A DNA stretch of 64,000 bases from Mobula hypostoma (taxonomy: Eukaryota). Positions 13,003 to 24,445 of the stretch are shown here, piece by piece. Positions within the stretch are counted from its first letter, which is position 1. The number at the start of each line of letters is the position of its first letter. The position numbers were made by a program, and so were the translations under genes. The stretch spans positions 85,996,001 to 86,060,000 of the forward strand of contig NC_086108.1 in NCBI RefSeq assembly GCF_963921235.1. The letters run 5' to 3'. The notes below the pieces were generated by a model. It saw only the letters and a list, made by a program, of their open reading frames with translations. It had not been told where the DNA came from and made no database searches.

Positions 13003-13059
13003 GTACCCCCCTCCCCCCCAAAACGGGAGTCTCCAGGCGATCCTCCAGGCTTGTCCGGA

Positions 13060-16000
13060 TGGCACCCAATGGAAGTCTTGGATGAGGGAGGGGTCCAGGA
13101 TGAAGGAGTGGGGAACCCAGAAATCTCCTCTGGGCTGTACGCTCCCAGTCGACCAGGTATTGGAGGTCCTTGCCCCGACGGCGCATATCTAGTAGCCGCT
13201 GGATGGTTGTCGATGATCCGGGCGGGTGGAGGGGTTTCAGTCGGAGGACACAAGGGGCTGACGGAAAGTGGTTTTAATTGGGAAATATGAAAAGTCAGGT
13301 GGATGTGCAAAGATCTTGGTAGTTTAAGTTGGACTGCTGTGGGGTTGATGATACTTTCGACCTTGAAAGGTCCCAGGAAGCAAGGGGCGAGTTTCTTAGG
13401 CTTGTTTCTGAGAGAGATGTCTTTGGATGAAAGCCATCCCATCTGCCCAGGTCAATACTCAGGCGCAGGAGTCCGGTGTCGATTGGCAATCCTCCTATTG
13501 CGATTGGCTGATCTGAGCAGGGTCGTGTGTGTCTTCCCAAACCCTGCGGCACCAATCGCTATGGGCCTGAACAGACGGCACCGCAATCTCCTCTTCTCGC
13601 GCGGGGAGCAGTGGGGGTTGGTGCCCAAAGGAGCACTCGAAGGGAGACCTTCCGATGGCAGTACTAACCAGAGGGTTGTGGGCGTACTCAACCCACGCAA
13701 GGTGGTCACTCCAGGTAGATGGGTTGTTGGTTGTAATACAATGTAGTGTCACCTCCAAGTCCTGGTTGACCCGTTCCATTTGCTCGCTCGTCTGTGGGTG
13801 GAAGCTGGATGACAGGTTGACTGAGGCACCTAAGGCTTGATAGAAGGCCTTCCATACCTGCGAAATGAATTGGGGACCTCGATTGGAGATGATATCCGCG
13901 GGCATTCCGTGGAGGCAGAAGATGTGGCAGACGAGGTCTGCAGTTTCCTGAGCAGAAGGGAGTTTAGGGAGGGCTACAAAGTGCACCGTCTTGGAGAACT
14001 GGTCTACCATGGTGATGTTTCCGTGTAAAGGGGGTAGACCAGTGATGAAATCTAGGGCGATGTGTGACAAAGGACGACCGGGATAGATAGGGGACGAAGT
14101 AATCCCGCAGGTGGCCGATTGGAGTCTTTTCCACAGGCACAGATGGAACATGCAGAGACATAGGAACGGGTATCCACCTCCATGGAAGGCCACCAAAAGT
14201 GTCTTTTCAGGAGAGCTAGGGTCTGATCACTCCCATGGTGGCAGGTGAACCGAGATGTGTGCCCCCACCGGAGAATCTGAGATCTGACGGAATCAGGCTC
14301 AAAAAGGCGATCGGCGGGTCCATTGCCAGGGTCACGGACATCCCGTTGGGCTTCCTTTACTATGGACTCAGTCTCCCAAGTGAGGGTTGCCACCACACAG
14401 GATGGTGAGAGGATCGTCTCTGGGCTGGAAGTGTCCTCCTTGGAGTTGTATTGGCGGGAGAAAGCGTCTGGCTTCCCATTCTTGGACCCTGGACGGCAGG
14501 TGAGGGAAAACTTGAACTGTCCAAAAATAATGCCCAACAGGCCCAGTGGAGTTCAAACGCTTGGTGGTCTGAATATATCCCAGGTTCCTATGATCAGTCC
14601 AAACAATGAAAAGGTGTTCCTTCCCCTTCAGCCAGTGCCTCCACTTGACTAACTTGACCATCAGTAGTTCCCGATTCCCCACATTGTAATTCCACTCGGC
14701 GGGGGACAGTTGGTGAGAAAAGAAGGCACGGGGATGAAGCTTCTTGTCTGGACTTGATCGTGGGGACAGGACTGCTCCTACCCCGGAGTTGGAGGCGTCA
14801 ACCTCAACAACGAATTGACGGGAGGGGTCCGGTTGGACCAGAATGGGAGCGGTTGTGAACCGCCTCTTCAGGTCAGTGAATGCCGAATCAGCCTTGGAGT
14901 CCCAACAAAAAGGTGTTGTAGGTGAGGCAAGTCGGGTAAGGGGCGCTGCCACCCGACTGTAATCCCTGATAAATCAGCGATAAAAGCGCGCAAACCCCAA
15001 AAACCGCTGAAATTGCTTGCAGGTTGTGGGTCCGGGCCATTCTTCCACCGCCCGGATCTTCTGGGGATCTGCCCTCACCTGCCCACTCTCGATGATGTAG
15101 CCCAGGAAGCTGATGGAAGGGACATGAGATTCACATTTCTCCACCTTCACAAATAACTTGTTCTCCCACAGTCTCTGGAGGACTAGACAGACATGGTGAA
15201 TGTGTTTCTGGGGGCTGCTAGAAAATATTAAGATATCATCTAGGCAGTGTGATGAGAGTACACATAGATTAAGATGTTAACTGTCCTGTGCTGGCACCAG
15301 TGGGATCAGCAGTTGGTCTGCCACCTATCTTCAGGAGAAAGAGAGATAAGGAAAACAATGGAGCAGCATTTGGAGATGTTAATGAAGGGACAGAAGAAGA
15401 GCTGTCAAGATCGGCTCCCCCTTTGAACCCTGAGCTGTTTGAAGTGATGGACAGGTGATACCCAGCAGGGGGATAAAAAGGGGACAGGTTCACTGGGGCA
15501 AGTCACACATGACACCACGAGGTAACGAGACTCTGGAAGTGGTGCGCCTCCCACAAGTCGGTGGGAGTTTTGGAGGGCTGGTCGCGGGACCAAGCCATAG
15601 ACGCACAGGGTGGAAAGGTACGATCGGCGGGAACCTGGTGTGTGTCCGCCCTTGCCTGGGTGCCAGGTTCACCGCAGAGAAACGACCGTATCTGGAAACG
15701 GAGGGGTCACAGTCGGTGACCTCAGAAGACATCACAAAGGGCTCGCCCGAAAGCTGACTGCGAAGAATATCGAAGGTCTGTGTGGAAGCCGTTTGAATAT
15801 TCATTCGTTTTTGCTCTCTCTCTCCTTCCCCCCACTGTCCTTCGCCACGGCAGTGATTACTGTGAACTGAACTGAACTAAATTGAACTGAACTTTGCGTC
15901 ACTTTGAAACTGGTCATTTACCCCTAGACGACGATAGAGCTTGATTGATCCTGTTATCCTAATTCTGTGTACGTGTGTGCTTATCATTGCCAAACAGTTG

Positions 16001-18212
16001 CATTTATTATCCTTTGATTAGAGTACTGTGTTGCTCGTTTCTTTAATAAAACTTTCTTAGTTCTAGTAATCCAGACTCCAACTGAGTGATCCATTTCTGC
16101 CGGTTTGGCAACCCAGTTACGGGGTACGTAACAGTAGACGAACATGAAACGATTAATAAAGTCCCTCAGTACATCATTGATTTGGGCTTGAAAAATAGCG
16201 GGGGCACTAGTGAGGCCAAATGGAATGACCATGTATTTGAAGTGGCCCAAAGGTGTATTAAAGGCCGTCTTCCACTCGTCTCCCTCCCTCATCCTGACTA
16301 GATGGTAGGCGCTACGAAGGTCCAACTTCGAGAAGATGGTGGCTCCGTGAAGTGGTTCAAATGCCGAGTTAATGAGGGGTAGTGGGTACTTATTTTTAAC
16401 TGTTAGATTGTTTAGGCCTCGGTAATCAATACAGAGATAAAGTGACCCATCCTTCTTCTCTACAAAGAAGAAACCGGCGCCCACCGGGGAGGATGAAGGT
16501 CGAATAATGCCTGCCGCGAGGGACTCACTAATGTATTTCTCCATGACCTCTCTCTCTCTGGTCGGGATGTTATTAAGACAACTGGTGGATAACGAGGCCC
16601 CGGGGAGAAGGTCAATAGCACAATCGTATGGTCAGTGCGGAGGCAGGGAAAGAGACCGTTTTTGCTGAATACCTGTCCCTGATCATGGTATTCTGTGGGG
16701 ACTCCGGACAGTCGAGCGGTTCCAAGACAGGCTGGGTCACGGTAGCCTCCCTATGGGATGGAGCTGACCTCAGACAGGTGGTGTGGCAAAACAGGCTCCA
16801 ACTGGCTATCCTCCTGGTAGACCAGTTGATGTAGGGGTTGTGGTGGTTCAGCCAGGGATATCCTAGAACTACAGGGGCTTGAGGAGAATGGATGAGATTA
16901 AATCGTACCTCCTCTCGATGGCTTCCAGACAGAATCAAGGTCGGGGTGTCGTACAGTGGGTAACTCGAGCCAGCAGTTTTCCATCCAGCGCCCGGGCCTC
17001 CAGAGGGGTACTTAACAGCTCCCGAGGTATTCTGGTCTGGGAGGCTATGTCTTCGTCCAGCAGATTTCCCTCGGCACTGGAATCCATCAGGGCGGATAGG
17101 GACAGGGACTGTTGTTGATAATTCACAGTAGCCAGGATCTGCACCCGGGTCTGGGGGACTGAAGGGAGTGTCGTCCGGCTCACCAGGGTCCCCCTTTCTA
17201 CTGGTGAGCTCTCCCTTTTGGCTGCAGAGGATAGGTATCCCGGAAATGTCCCGGCTGGCCGCAATAGTAACAATCCCCAGCTCTCCGCCCCGAAGTCCCT
17301 CGGCAGGGGAGAGACTGTTCCGTCCCAGCTGCATCAGTTCCTCCCCCAGGGTAGTGGGGATGGTTGGAGCAGGAGCTATACTTGGAGCAGCTGGGGAAGG
17401 GAGGCTGGCTAAAGATGGTAAGGTGGGACGTGGGCTGACCCGAGGAGCAGGGCGACTGGTCTTTTCTCTCAGACACTCTTGAAGTCAATTATCAAGCCTG
17501 GTGGCTAGAGAGATCAGAGAGTCCAGGCTGTCCGTGTCATCTCTTGCTGTCAGTTCATCCTTTATCTTATCTGAGAGGCCCTGTCGGAACACTTCCCGTA
17601 GTGCCTCGTCATTCCACTCAGAGTCGGTCGCTAATGTTCGGAACTCAATGGAGTATTTTGCTATGCTTCACAAACCCTGACAGAGAGTTAGCAAGCGCTT
17701 AGCGGTGTCCTTACTGCGAATGGGCTGTTCAAAGACCTTCCTCATTTCGGAGACGAAGGAGGGGAAGGTGGAACAGACTTGTGGTCAGTTGGCCCAGATC
17801 GCGGTGGCACACACCAAGGCATCCCCTCATATACAGTCTGTGATCTGTCTGAGGTGTACATACATGGCTGTTGCTCAAAGACCAAAGAGCACTGTAATAA
17901 GAAGGCCCGGCACTTCCCTAGGTCCCCAGCTTAGGGTTCCAGTTCAGGTACGTACGGCTCTCAAGGGGATGCTGTTGCCAATCCAAGGGGCATAGCCATC
18001 CCAGGCTGTGCAGTTTGGTCAGTTGGGGTTTTTGGAAGGGACAGAGTAAGGGAAGCGGATACCCGGTCAACCTGTTCACTAACCTTCCTCACATTCATGG
18101 ACAGTGCACGAAGGTTTTCTGTGACCTCTCCAAGCAGTTGGTCATGGACACCCAGTGGGTAGCCCTGGCTGGCAAGGGCCTATTGCATGGTGTCCATGTC
18201 CGTTGGGTTCAT
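13060..18212 (-). pseudogene. Chromovirus gag-pol (gag, PR, RT, RNase H, integrase, chromodomain)
   Basis: ORF pieces 17198-17488 (zinc knuckle), 16935-17273 (PR), 15984-16544 ([27 protein letters not shown]), 14368-14952 (RNase [15 protein letters not shown]), 14052-14537 and 13495-14196 (integrase), 12930-13442 (GPF), 12866-13186 (chromodomain). Confidence 0.95.
15248..16133 (+). mobile_element. Solo LTR (886 bp) inserted in the chromovirus RT
   Basis: TGTGAT...GTAACA termini; 4-bp TSD GCAG/GTAG (one mismatch); RT resumes on both sides; AATAAA near 16045. Confidence 0.9.
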
Positions 18213-18229
18213 TCTTGGCCAGTTCGTTC

Positions 18230-18620
18230 TGTTGCAAGGAAAAGGTTGAGTACAAACCCAAGTGCAGGACACAGGCGCAGAGGCAGAGTCGTGAGGCATT
18301 AGCACCACTGCAAACAGGGAACCAGTATCCAGCAGAGTCTTTATAAGGAGATAAGGTTTACGTAGAGTATCCAGGAAATGATGTGGAGTTTAGAACTGAC
18401 AGTCCCACAGAATCAGGAAACAACACTTACTCACACTATAGTCAACCAACAAACTGGCAAAGCATGGCTCTGCTGCCCAGGTTTTATCCTATGTTCGGTA
18501 ATGGGAATCAGGTGTGCTGTTATTAGTGGAACTGGGAATGATTGGAAATCAGATGAGGGGATTAAGGCCCAATTAAGGAAGTAATAGCAAGATGGGGAAT
18601 TGCCAGATGGGACCATGACA
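18230..18620 (-). repeat. 5' LTR of the chromovirus
   Basis: Same termini and length as 12612-13002; gag ATG follows at 18212 on the minus strand. Confidence 0.95.
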
Positions 18621-19259
18621 GAGATAGGCGATTCTGTGGATGCAGAAAGGGAACATGGATGGTCGTTTTCCTCCCAGGTGCCAGGGTCTGAGAATGGTCC
18701 ATGATATCCTGAAAAGGGAGGGTGAGCGGCCAGAAGTCGTGGTACATATTACCAACAACATAGGTAGAGAAAGGGAGGAGGTCCTTAAAACAGAAATCAG
18801 GGAGTCAGGAAGGAAGCTGAGGAGAAGGACTTCAAGGGTAGTAATCTTGGGTTTGCTGCCTGTGCCACGCAACATTGAATATAGAAATAGAATGAGGTGG
18901 CAGATAAATGCGTGGCTGAAGGTTTGGAGCAGGGAGCAGGGATTCAGATTGCTGGATCATCGGGCCTTCTGGGGTGGGTATGACCTGTACAGAAGGGAAG
19001 GATTGCACTTGAATCTGAGGGAGATGTATATCCTTGTGGGCAAGTTTACTAGAGCTGCTGGGAGTGGTTTAAACTAATATGGCAGGGGATGGGAACTAGT
19101 ATGATGGAGCTGAGCATGAGCCAGCAGGTTTACAAGTAGATGATGCAATAATATGTGATATAAATGTAAGGAAGGACAAGCTAATGACTGGGCACAACTG
19201 CAGACAGAGCAAACAGTTAAGTTGTACCATAGAGGCAAAATTCATAAGGGTATAGAATG

Positions 19260-22200
19260 CAGGACTCAAGGTGCTGTATTTGAAAGCATGTAGCATTCGG
19301 AATAAGGTGGACGAACTCGTGGCGCAATTAGAGATTGATCAGTACAACCTTGTGGCAATCACTGAGTCGTTGCTGAAAGAAGGTCATAGTTAGGAGTTTA
19401 ACATCAAAGGATGTACTTTATTGAAAAGACAGGCAGGAAGACATAGGTGGTGGTGTGGCTCTGTTGGTAAGAGGTGGAATTATATCATTAGAAAGAGGTG
19501 ACATAGGGTCAGAGATTGTTGAATTTTTGTGGGTGGAGTTAAGAAACTGCAAGGGTAAAAAAAACATTCTGGGAATCATATATAGTCCTCCAAATAGTTG
19601 CCAAGATGTGGGGTTGAGATTGCAAAGGAAGCTGGAAAGGGCATATAATAAGGGTAATGTTACAATTGTAATGGGGACTTCAATATGCAAAGGGAATTAG
19701 AAAATCAGGTTGGCATTGGATCACAAGAGAGGGAATTTGTTGAATGCTTATGAGATGGATTTTTTCAGAGCAGCTTCTGCTCGAGCCTACTCGGGGAAAG
19801 GCCTCCTTATATTGGCTGTTGTGTAATAACCCAGATCTTATTAGGGAGCTTAATGTAAAGGAATCCTTAGGATGGAGAGATCCTGATAGAATTACAAATC
19901 TACAGCACATTACAAGTCCTTCGGCCCACAACCTTACACTAACCATGTAATCTACTCTAGAAACTGCTAAGATTTACCCTGCCACTTAGCCCTCTATTTT
20001 CCTAAGTGTCTTAAAAGACCCTATTTTATCTGCCTTCACCAACGTGGCCGGCAGTGCATCCCACACACCCACCAGTCTCTGTGTGAAAAACTTATCCCTG
20101 ACATCCCCTCTATACCTGCTTCCAAGCACCTTAAAACCATGACCCTCATGACAGCCATTTCAGCCCTGTGAAAAAGCCTCTGGCTATCCACACGATCAAT
20201 GCCTCTCATCATCTTATACACCTCTGTCAGGTCACGCCTTATCTCCCATCGCTCCAAGGAAAAAAGGCCAAGTTCACTCAATCTATTCTCATAAGGCATG
20301 CTCTCCAATCCAGGCAACATCCTTGTAAATCTTCCCTGCACTTTTTCAAAAGTGTCCACATCCTTCCGGTAGTGAGGTGACCAGAACTGAACACAGCACT
20401 CCAAGTGGGGTCTGACCAAGATTTTATACATTTGTAACATCACTTCACGGCTCTTGAACTCAATCCCGTGGTTGATGAATGCCAAAACACCATACAATAT
20501 GATTGAATTCATACTGCAATTTGAGAGAGAGAAGCACAAGTCACATGTATCATTATAGCAATGGAATAAAGGGAGTTTCAGAGGCATGAGAGTGGAGCTT
20601 GCCAGCTGGATTGGAGAGGGATACTGGCAGGTACGATGGCAGTACAGAGGTGGCTGAAGTTTCTGGGACTAGTTCACAAAACACAGGATAGGTATTTCCC
20701 ACAGAAGTAATTCTCAAATGGTGGAGCTAGGCAATTGTGACTGACAAGGAAAGTTAAGGACTGCATAAAAGCCAAAAAAAAGGGCAAAGTAGCAAAAGTG
20801 AGTGGGAAGTAGGATGATTGGGTAGTTTTTAAAATCCAAGAAAAGGCAACTAAAAAAGCTATAAGAAGAGACAAGATGAAATAAGAGGGCAAACTAGCCA
20901 ATAATATAAAACAGGATACTAAAAGTTTTTTTTTCAGTTATATAAAGAATAAAACAGAGGTGAGAGTTCATATTGGGCCGCTAGAAAATGATGCTGGTGA
21001 GGTAGTAATAGGGAAGGAAAAAATGGCAGATGAACTTAATAAATATTTTCCTTCAGCCTTTACCATGGAAGACACGAGCTGTACGCTAGAGGTCTGTGAG
21101 TGTCAGAGAGCAGGAGTGAGTGGCATTGCTATTACAAAGGAAAAAGTGCTAGGAAAACTCAAAGGTCTTAAGGTGGATAAGTTACCTGGACCAGATAGAC
21201 TACATCCCAGAGTCCTGAGAGAGGTTGCTGAAGAGATAATGGATGCATTGGTCATGATGTTTCAAGAATCACTTGATTCTGGCATGGTCCAGGAGAACTG
21301 GAAAATCGCAAATGTCACTCCACTCTTAAGAAGTGAGGAAGACAAAAGAAAGGAAGTTATAGGCAAGTTAGCTTAACCTCAGTGGTTAGGAAAGTGCTGG
21401 AGTCCATTATTAAGGATGAGGTTTTGGGGTTCTTGGAGACTAATGATAAAAACAAGTCAAAGTCACTATGGTTTCTTTAAAGAGAAATTTTGCCTTACAA
21501 ATCTGTTGAAATTCTTCTAAGAAGTAACAAGCAGCGTGGACAAAGGAGAGGCAGTGGATATCAGTTACATCGATTTTCTGAAGGAATTTGATAGGATGCA
21601 TCACATGAGGCTGCTTAACAAGATAACAATCCTGTGATGTTACTGGAAATATACTAGCATGATAGAGCAATAGCTGACAGGCAGGAGGCAGCGAATGGAA
21701 ATAAGGTGGGCCTTCTCTGCTTGGCTGCCAGTGACTGGTGGTGTTCCTCAGGGGCAGTATTCAGACCCCTACTTTTCACATTGTTTAACCATGATTTAAA
21801 TAATAGAATTGATGACTTTGTGGCAAAGTTTCCTGATGATACAAAGATAGGTAAAGGGATAGGTAAATTTTGAGGAAGCAATGTGTTTGCAGCAGGGCTT
21901 AGACAAATTTGAAGAATGAGCAAAAAAGTGGCAGATGGAATACAATGTTGAAAAATGTATGATAACGCATTTTGATAAAAAGAACAAAAGTACAAACTAT
22001 TATCCAAATAGGGAGAAAATTCAAACATCAGAAGTGTGAAAGGGGTTTAGGTGTCCTCGTGCAAGACTCCCAGAAGGCTAATTTACAGGTTGAGTCTGTG
22101 GTAAAGAAGGTGAATTCAATGTTGGAATTTACTTCAAGGGGAATAGAATATAAATGCAAACATAATGCTGAGGCTTTAAGAAACTAGTCAAATTGCACTT

Positions 22201-22530
22201 GGTATATTGTCCACAGATTTGGGCCCTATATTTCAGAAAGGACGTGTTGTCATTGGAAAGAGGCTGGAGGAGATTCATGAGGATGATTCTGGGAATGAAG
22301 GGATTAACACGAGGAGAATTTGGCAGCTTTGGGCCTGTACTCACTGGAATTCAGAAGAACGTGGGTGTTCTCGTTGAAACCTTGCTAATGTTGAAAGGAC
22401 TAGACAGGGTGGATGTGAAGAGGATGTTTCTTATAGTGGGGGTAACCAGAACTAGAGGGCACAACCTCAAAATTGAGGGCTGACCTTTTAGAACAGAGAT
22501 AAGGAGGAATTTTTTTTTTGCCGGAGAGTA
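19260..22530 (+). pseudogene. CR1 ORF2 (APE endonuclease + reverse transcriptase), frameshifted
   Basis: LKVLYLKACSIRNKVDEL, LWVELRNCKGKK, KLPGPDRLHPRVLREVA, HLVYCPQIWA; many stops and frameshifts. Confidence 0.9.
19890..20495 (-). mobile_element. 5'-truncated CR1 3' fragment inserted antisense in the host CR1 ORF2
   Basis: ORF 20036-20587 contains YKILVRPHLECCVQFWSPHYRKDV; CR1 3' tail at ~19890-19950. Confidence 0.9.
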
Positions 22531-22535
22531 GTGAA

Positions 22536-23810
22536 TGATAAAATTGGCCGAGCCAGCATTGTTTCCTTAAGCGGAGATTTTGCCTGACAAATTTGTTAGA
22601 TTTCTTTGAAGAAAAAACAATCAAGATACACTAAGGAGAATTGGTGGATTTTCAGAAAGCCACCAATGTATGACAAGGTGCTATACATGAGTTTGCTTAA
22701 CAAGTTAAGAGCCTATGGTATCACAGAAAAGATACTAGCATGGATAGAACACTGGTTGATTGGCAGGAGGGAATAAAGGCAGGCTTTTCTCGCCAGTAAC
22801 TACTAGTATTCCATGGGGGTCTCTGCTGGGACTGCTTCTTTTTCTATTATATGTCAATGATTTGGATGAAGGGATTGATAGCTTTATGGCCAAGTTTGTG
22901 GATTATATGTAGATAGGTGGAAGGGCAGGTCATGCTGAGGAAGCAGAGAGGCTACAGAAGGACTTAAACAGATTAAGAGAATGGAAAAGAAATTGCAATT
23001 AGAATAGAGTATCAGGGAGTGTATGGTCATGCACTTTGTTAGAAGAAATAAAAATCTAGCCTGCTTTCTAAATGGAAAGAAAATTCAAAAATCTGATGTA
23101 CAAAAGTACTTGAGAGTCCTTGTGCAGGATTCCCTGAAGGCTAATTTGCAGGCTGAGTCAGTGGTGAGGAAGGCAAATGCAATGTTAGCAGTCATTTCAA
23201 AAGGACGAGAATATAAAAGTAAAGATGTAATGTTGAAACTTCATGTTGAGGCCTCACTTGGAGCATTGTGAGCAGTTCTGGGCCACTTAACTTAGAAAGG
23301 ATAAGCTGACGTTGGAGAGTGTTTAAAGAAGGTTCACAAAAATGATTCTGGGATTCAAAGACTTACCATATGAAGAGTATTTGATGGGTCTAGGCCTGTA
23401 TTCACTGAAATTCAGAAGAATGAGGTGGGGAATCTCGTTGAGACTTATCAAATGTTGAAAGGCCTCGACAGAGTAGATGTGGAGAGTGTTTCCTATGGTG
23501 GGGAAGTCTGAGAACAGAGGACACAACCTTGGAATAGAGGGATGTCTACTTACAAGGGAGATGAGAAGTAATCTCTTTATACAGAAAGTTGTGATGCTGC
23601 GAAATTCATTGCCACAGGCAGCTGTTTCCAACTCTTTGGGTGTGTTTAAGTCCAAGATTGATAGTTTTTGATTAGTCAGGGCACGAAGGGTTATGGGGAG
23701 AAGGCAGGAGATTGGGGCTGAGAGGGAAATAGATCAGCCATGATGAAATAGTGAAGCAGACGTGATGGGCCAACTGGCCTAATTCTGCTCCTATATCTTA
23801 TGGCCTTATG
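22536..23810 (+). mobile_element. Second CR1 3' fragment (RT to tail) joined to the first
   Basis: Restarts in RT (DKIG.SQH.F..K) after the first copy's C-terminus; ends 'ctcctatatcttatggccttatg'. Confidence 0.85.
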
Positions 23811-23814
23811 CAAG

Positions 23815-24445
23815 TCCATAGTCCTCTGAAACACAAGTAGGTAGGGTAGTAAAGGAGGCATGCTGAATCCTTACCTTCATTGCTTGGGATGTTGAGCATA
23901 AAAATCTGGAAGTCAAGTCAAAGCTGCATTGGGAATATTGTTTGGAGATCTGTTTGCCACATCCCAGGAAGGATGCGAAGACATTGGGGAGGATGCAGAA
24001 GAGATTCACCAGGATGTTGCCTGGATTAGAAAGAAGAGGTTAGAGAAACATGGATTGTTTTCTCCGAGTATCATAAATTGAAGGATGACCTGATAAATGT
24101 ATGCAAAATTATGAGCAGTGTAGATAGCGTAGACAGTCAAAGCCTTTTGTCTTGGATGGAAATGTCAATATCTTTATGGTCAGGTGGGAGTGGGGCTTTC
24201 AAAGGAGATTTATGAGGCAAATGCTTTCCACAGAGTACTGTTGTTGTCTAGGGTACAATGCCAAAAGAGATAGTGGAAACGGAAAAGATAGCGGCATTTA
24301 AGAGACGTATAGACAAGTATGTGAATAAGCAGGGGATGAAGGAATATAGTCTATGTGCAGGAAGATGGGATCAGTTTAGTTTGGCATCTTTGTCAGCACA
24401 GATATCATGGACTGAATTGCTGATTCCTGTGCTGCACTCTTCCAT
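23815..24445 (+). mobile_element. Old CR1 3' fragment
   Basis: 'gagattcaccaggatgttgcctgga' (RFTRMLPG) and a CR1-type 3' UTR. Confidence 0.75.

Larger units (their letters stand above)
12612..18620 (-). mobile_element. Full-length Tf1/sushi-group chromovirus (Gypsy) LTR retrotransposon, inactivated
   Basis: Two 391-bp LTRs TG...CA, 5-bp TSD GAGAT (12607-12611 / 18621-18625), PPT at 13003-13020, gag with CYYCGQPGH knuckle, PR (ALMDSSA), RT, RNase H, integrase, chromodomain (QYLVDWE). Confidence 0.97.
12150..19077 (+). pseudogene. CR1 ORF1 (zinc finger + SGNH/GDSL esterase), split by the LTR element at 12612-18620
   Basis: GDS motif upstream of the insertion; EGERPEVVVHITNNIGR...VVILGLLPVPR...GLHLN downstream. 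Confidence 0.85.
11840..22535 (+). mobile_element. Near full-length decayed CR1 LINE (5' UTR, ORF1, ORF2), interrupted by a chromovirus and an antisense CR1 fragment
   Basis: ORF1 zinc-finger/coiled coil (PDGHICTRCIEMQLLRDRVRELELQLDDL, ~12215-12300), SGNH esterase (VIGDS ~12580, continues 18621-19077), APE endonuclease from ~19260, RT fragments 20960-22483. Confidence 0.9.
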
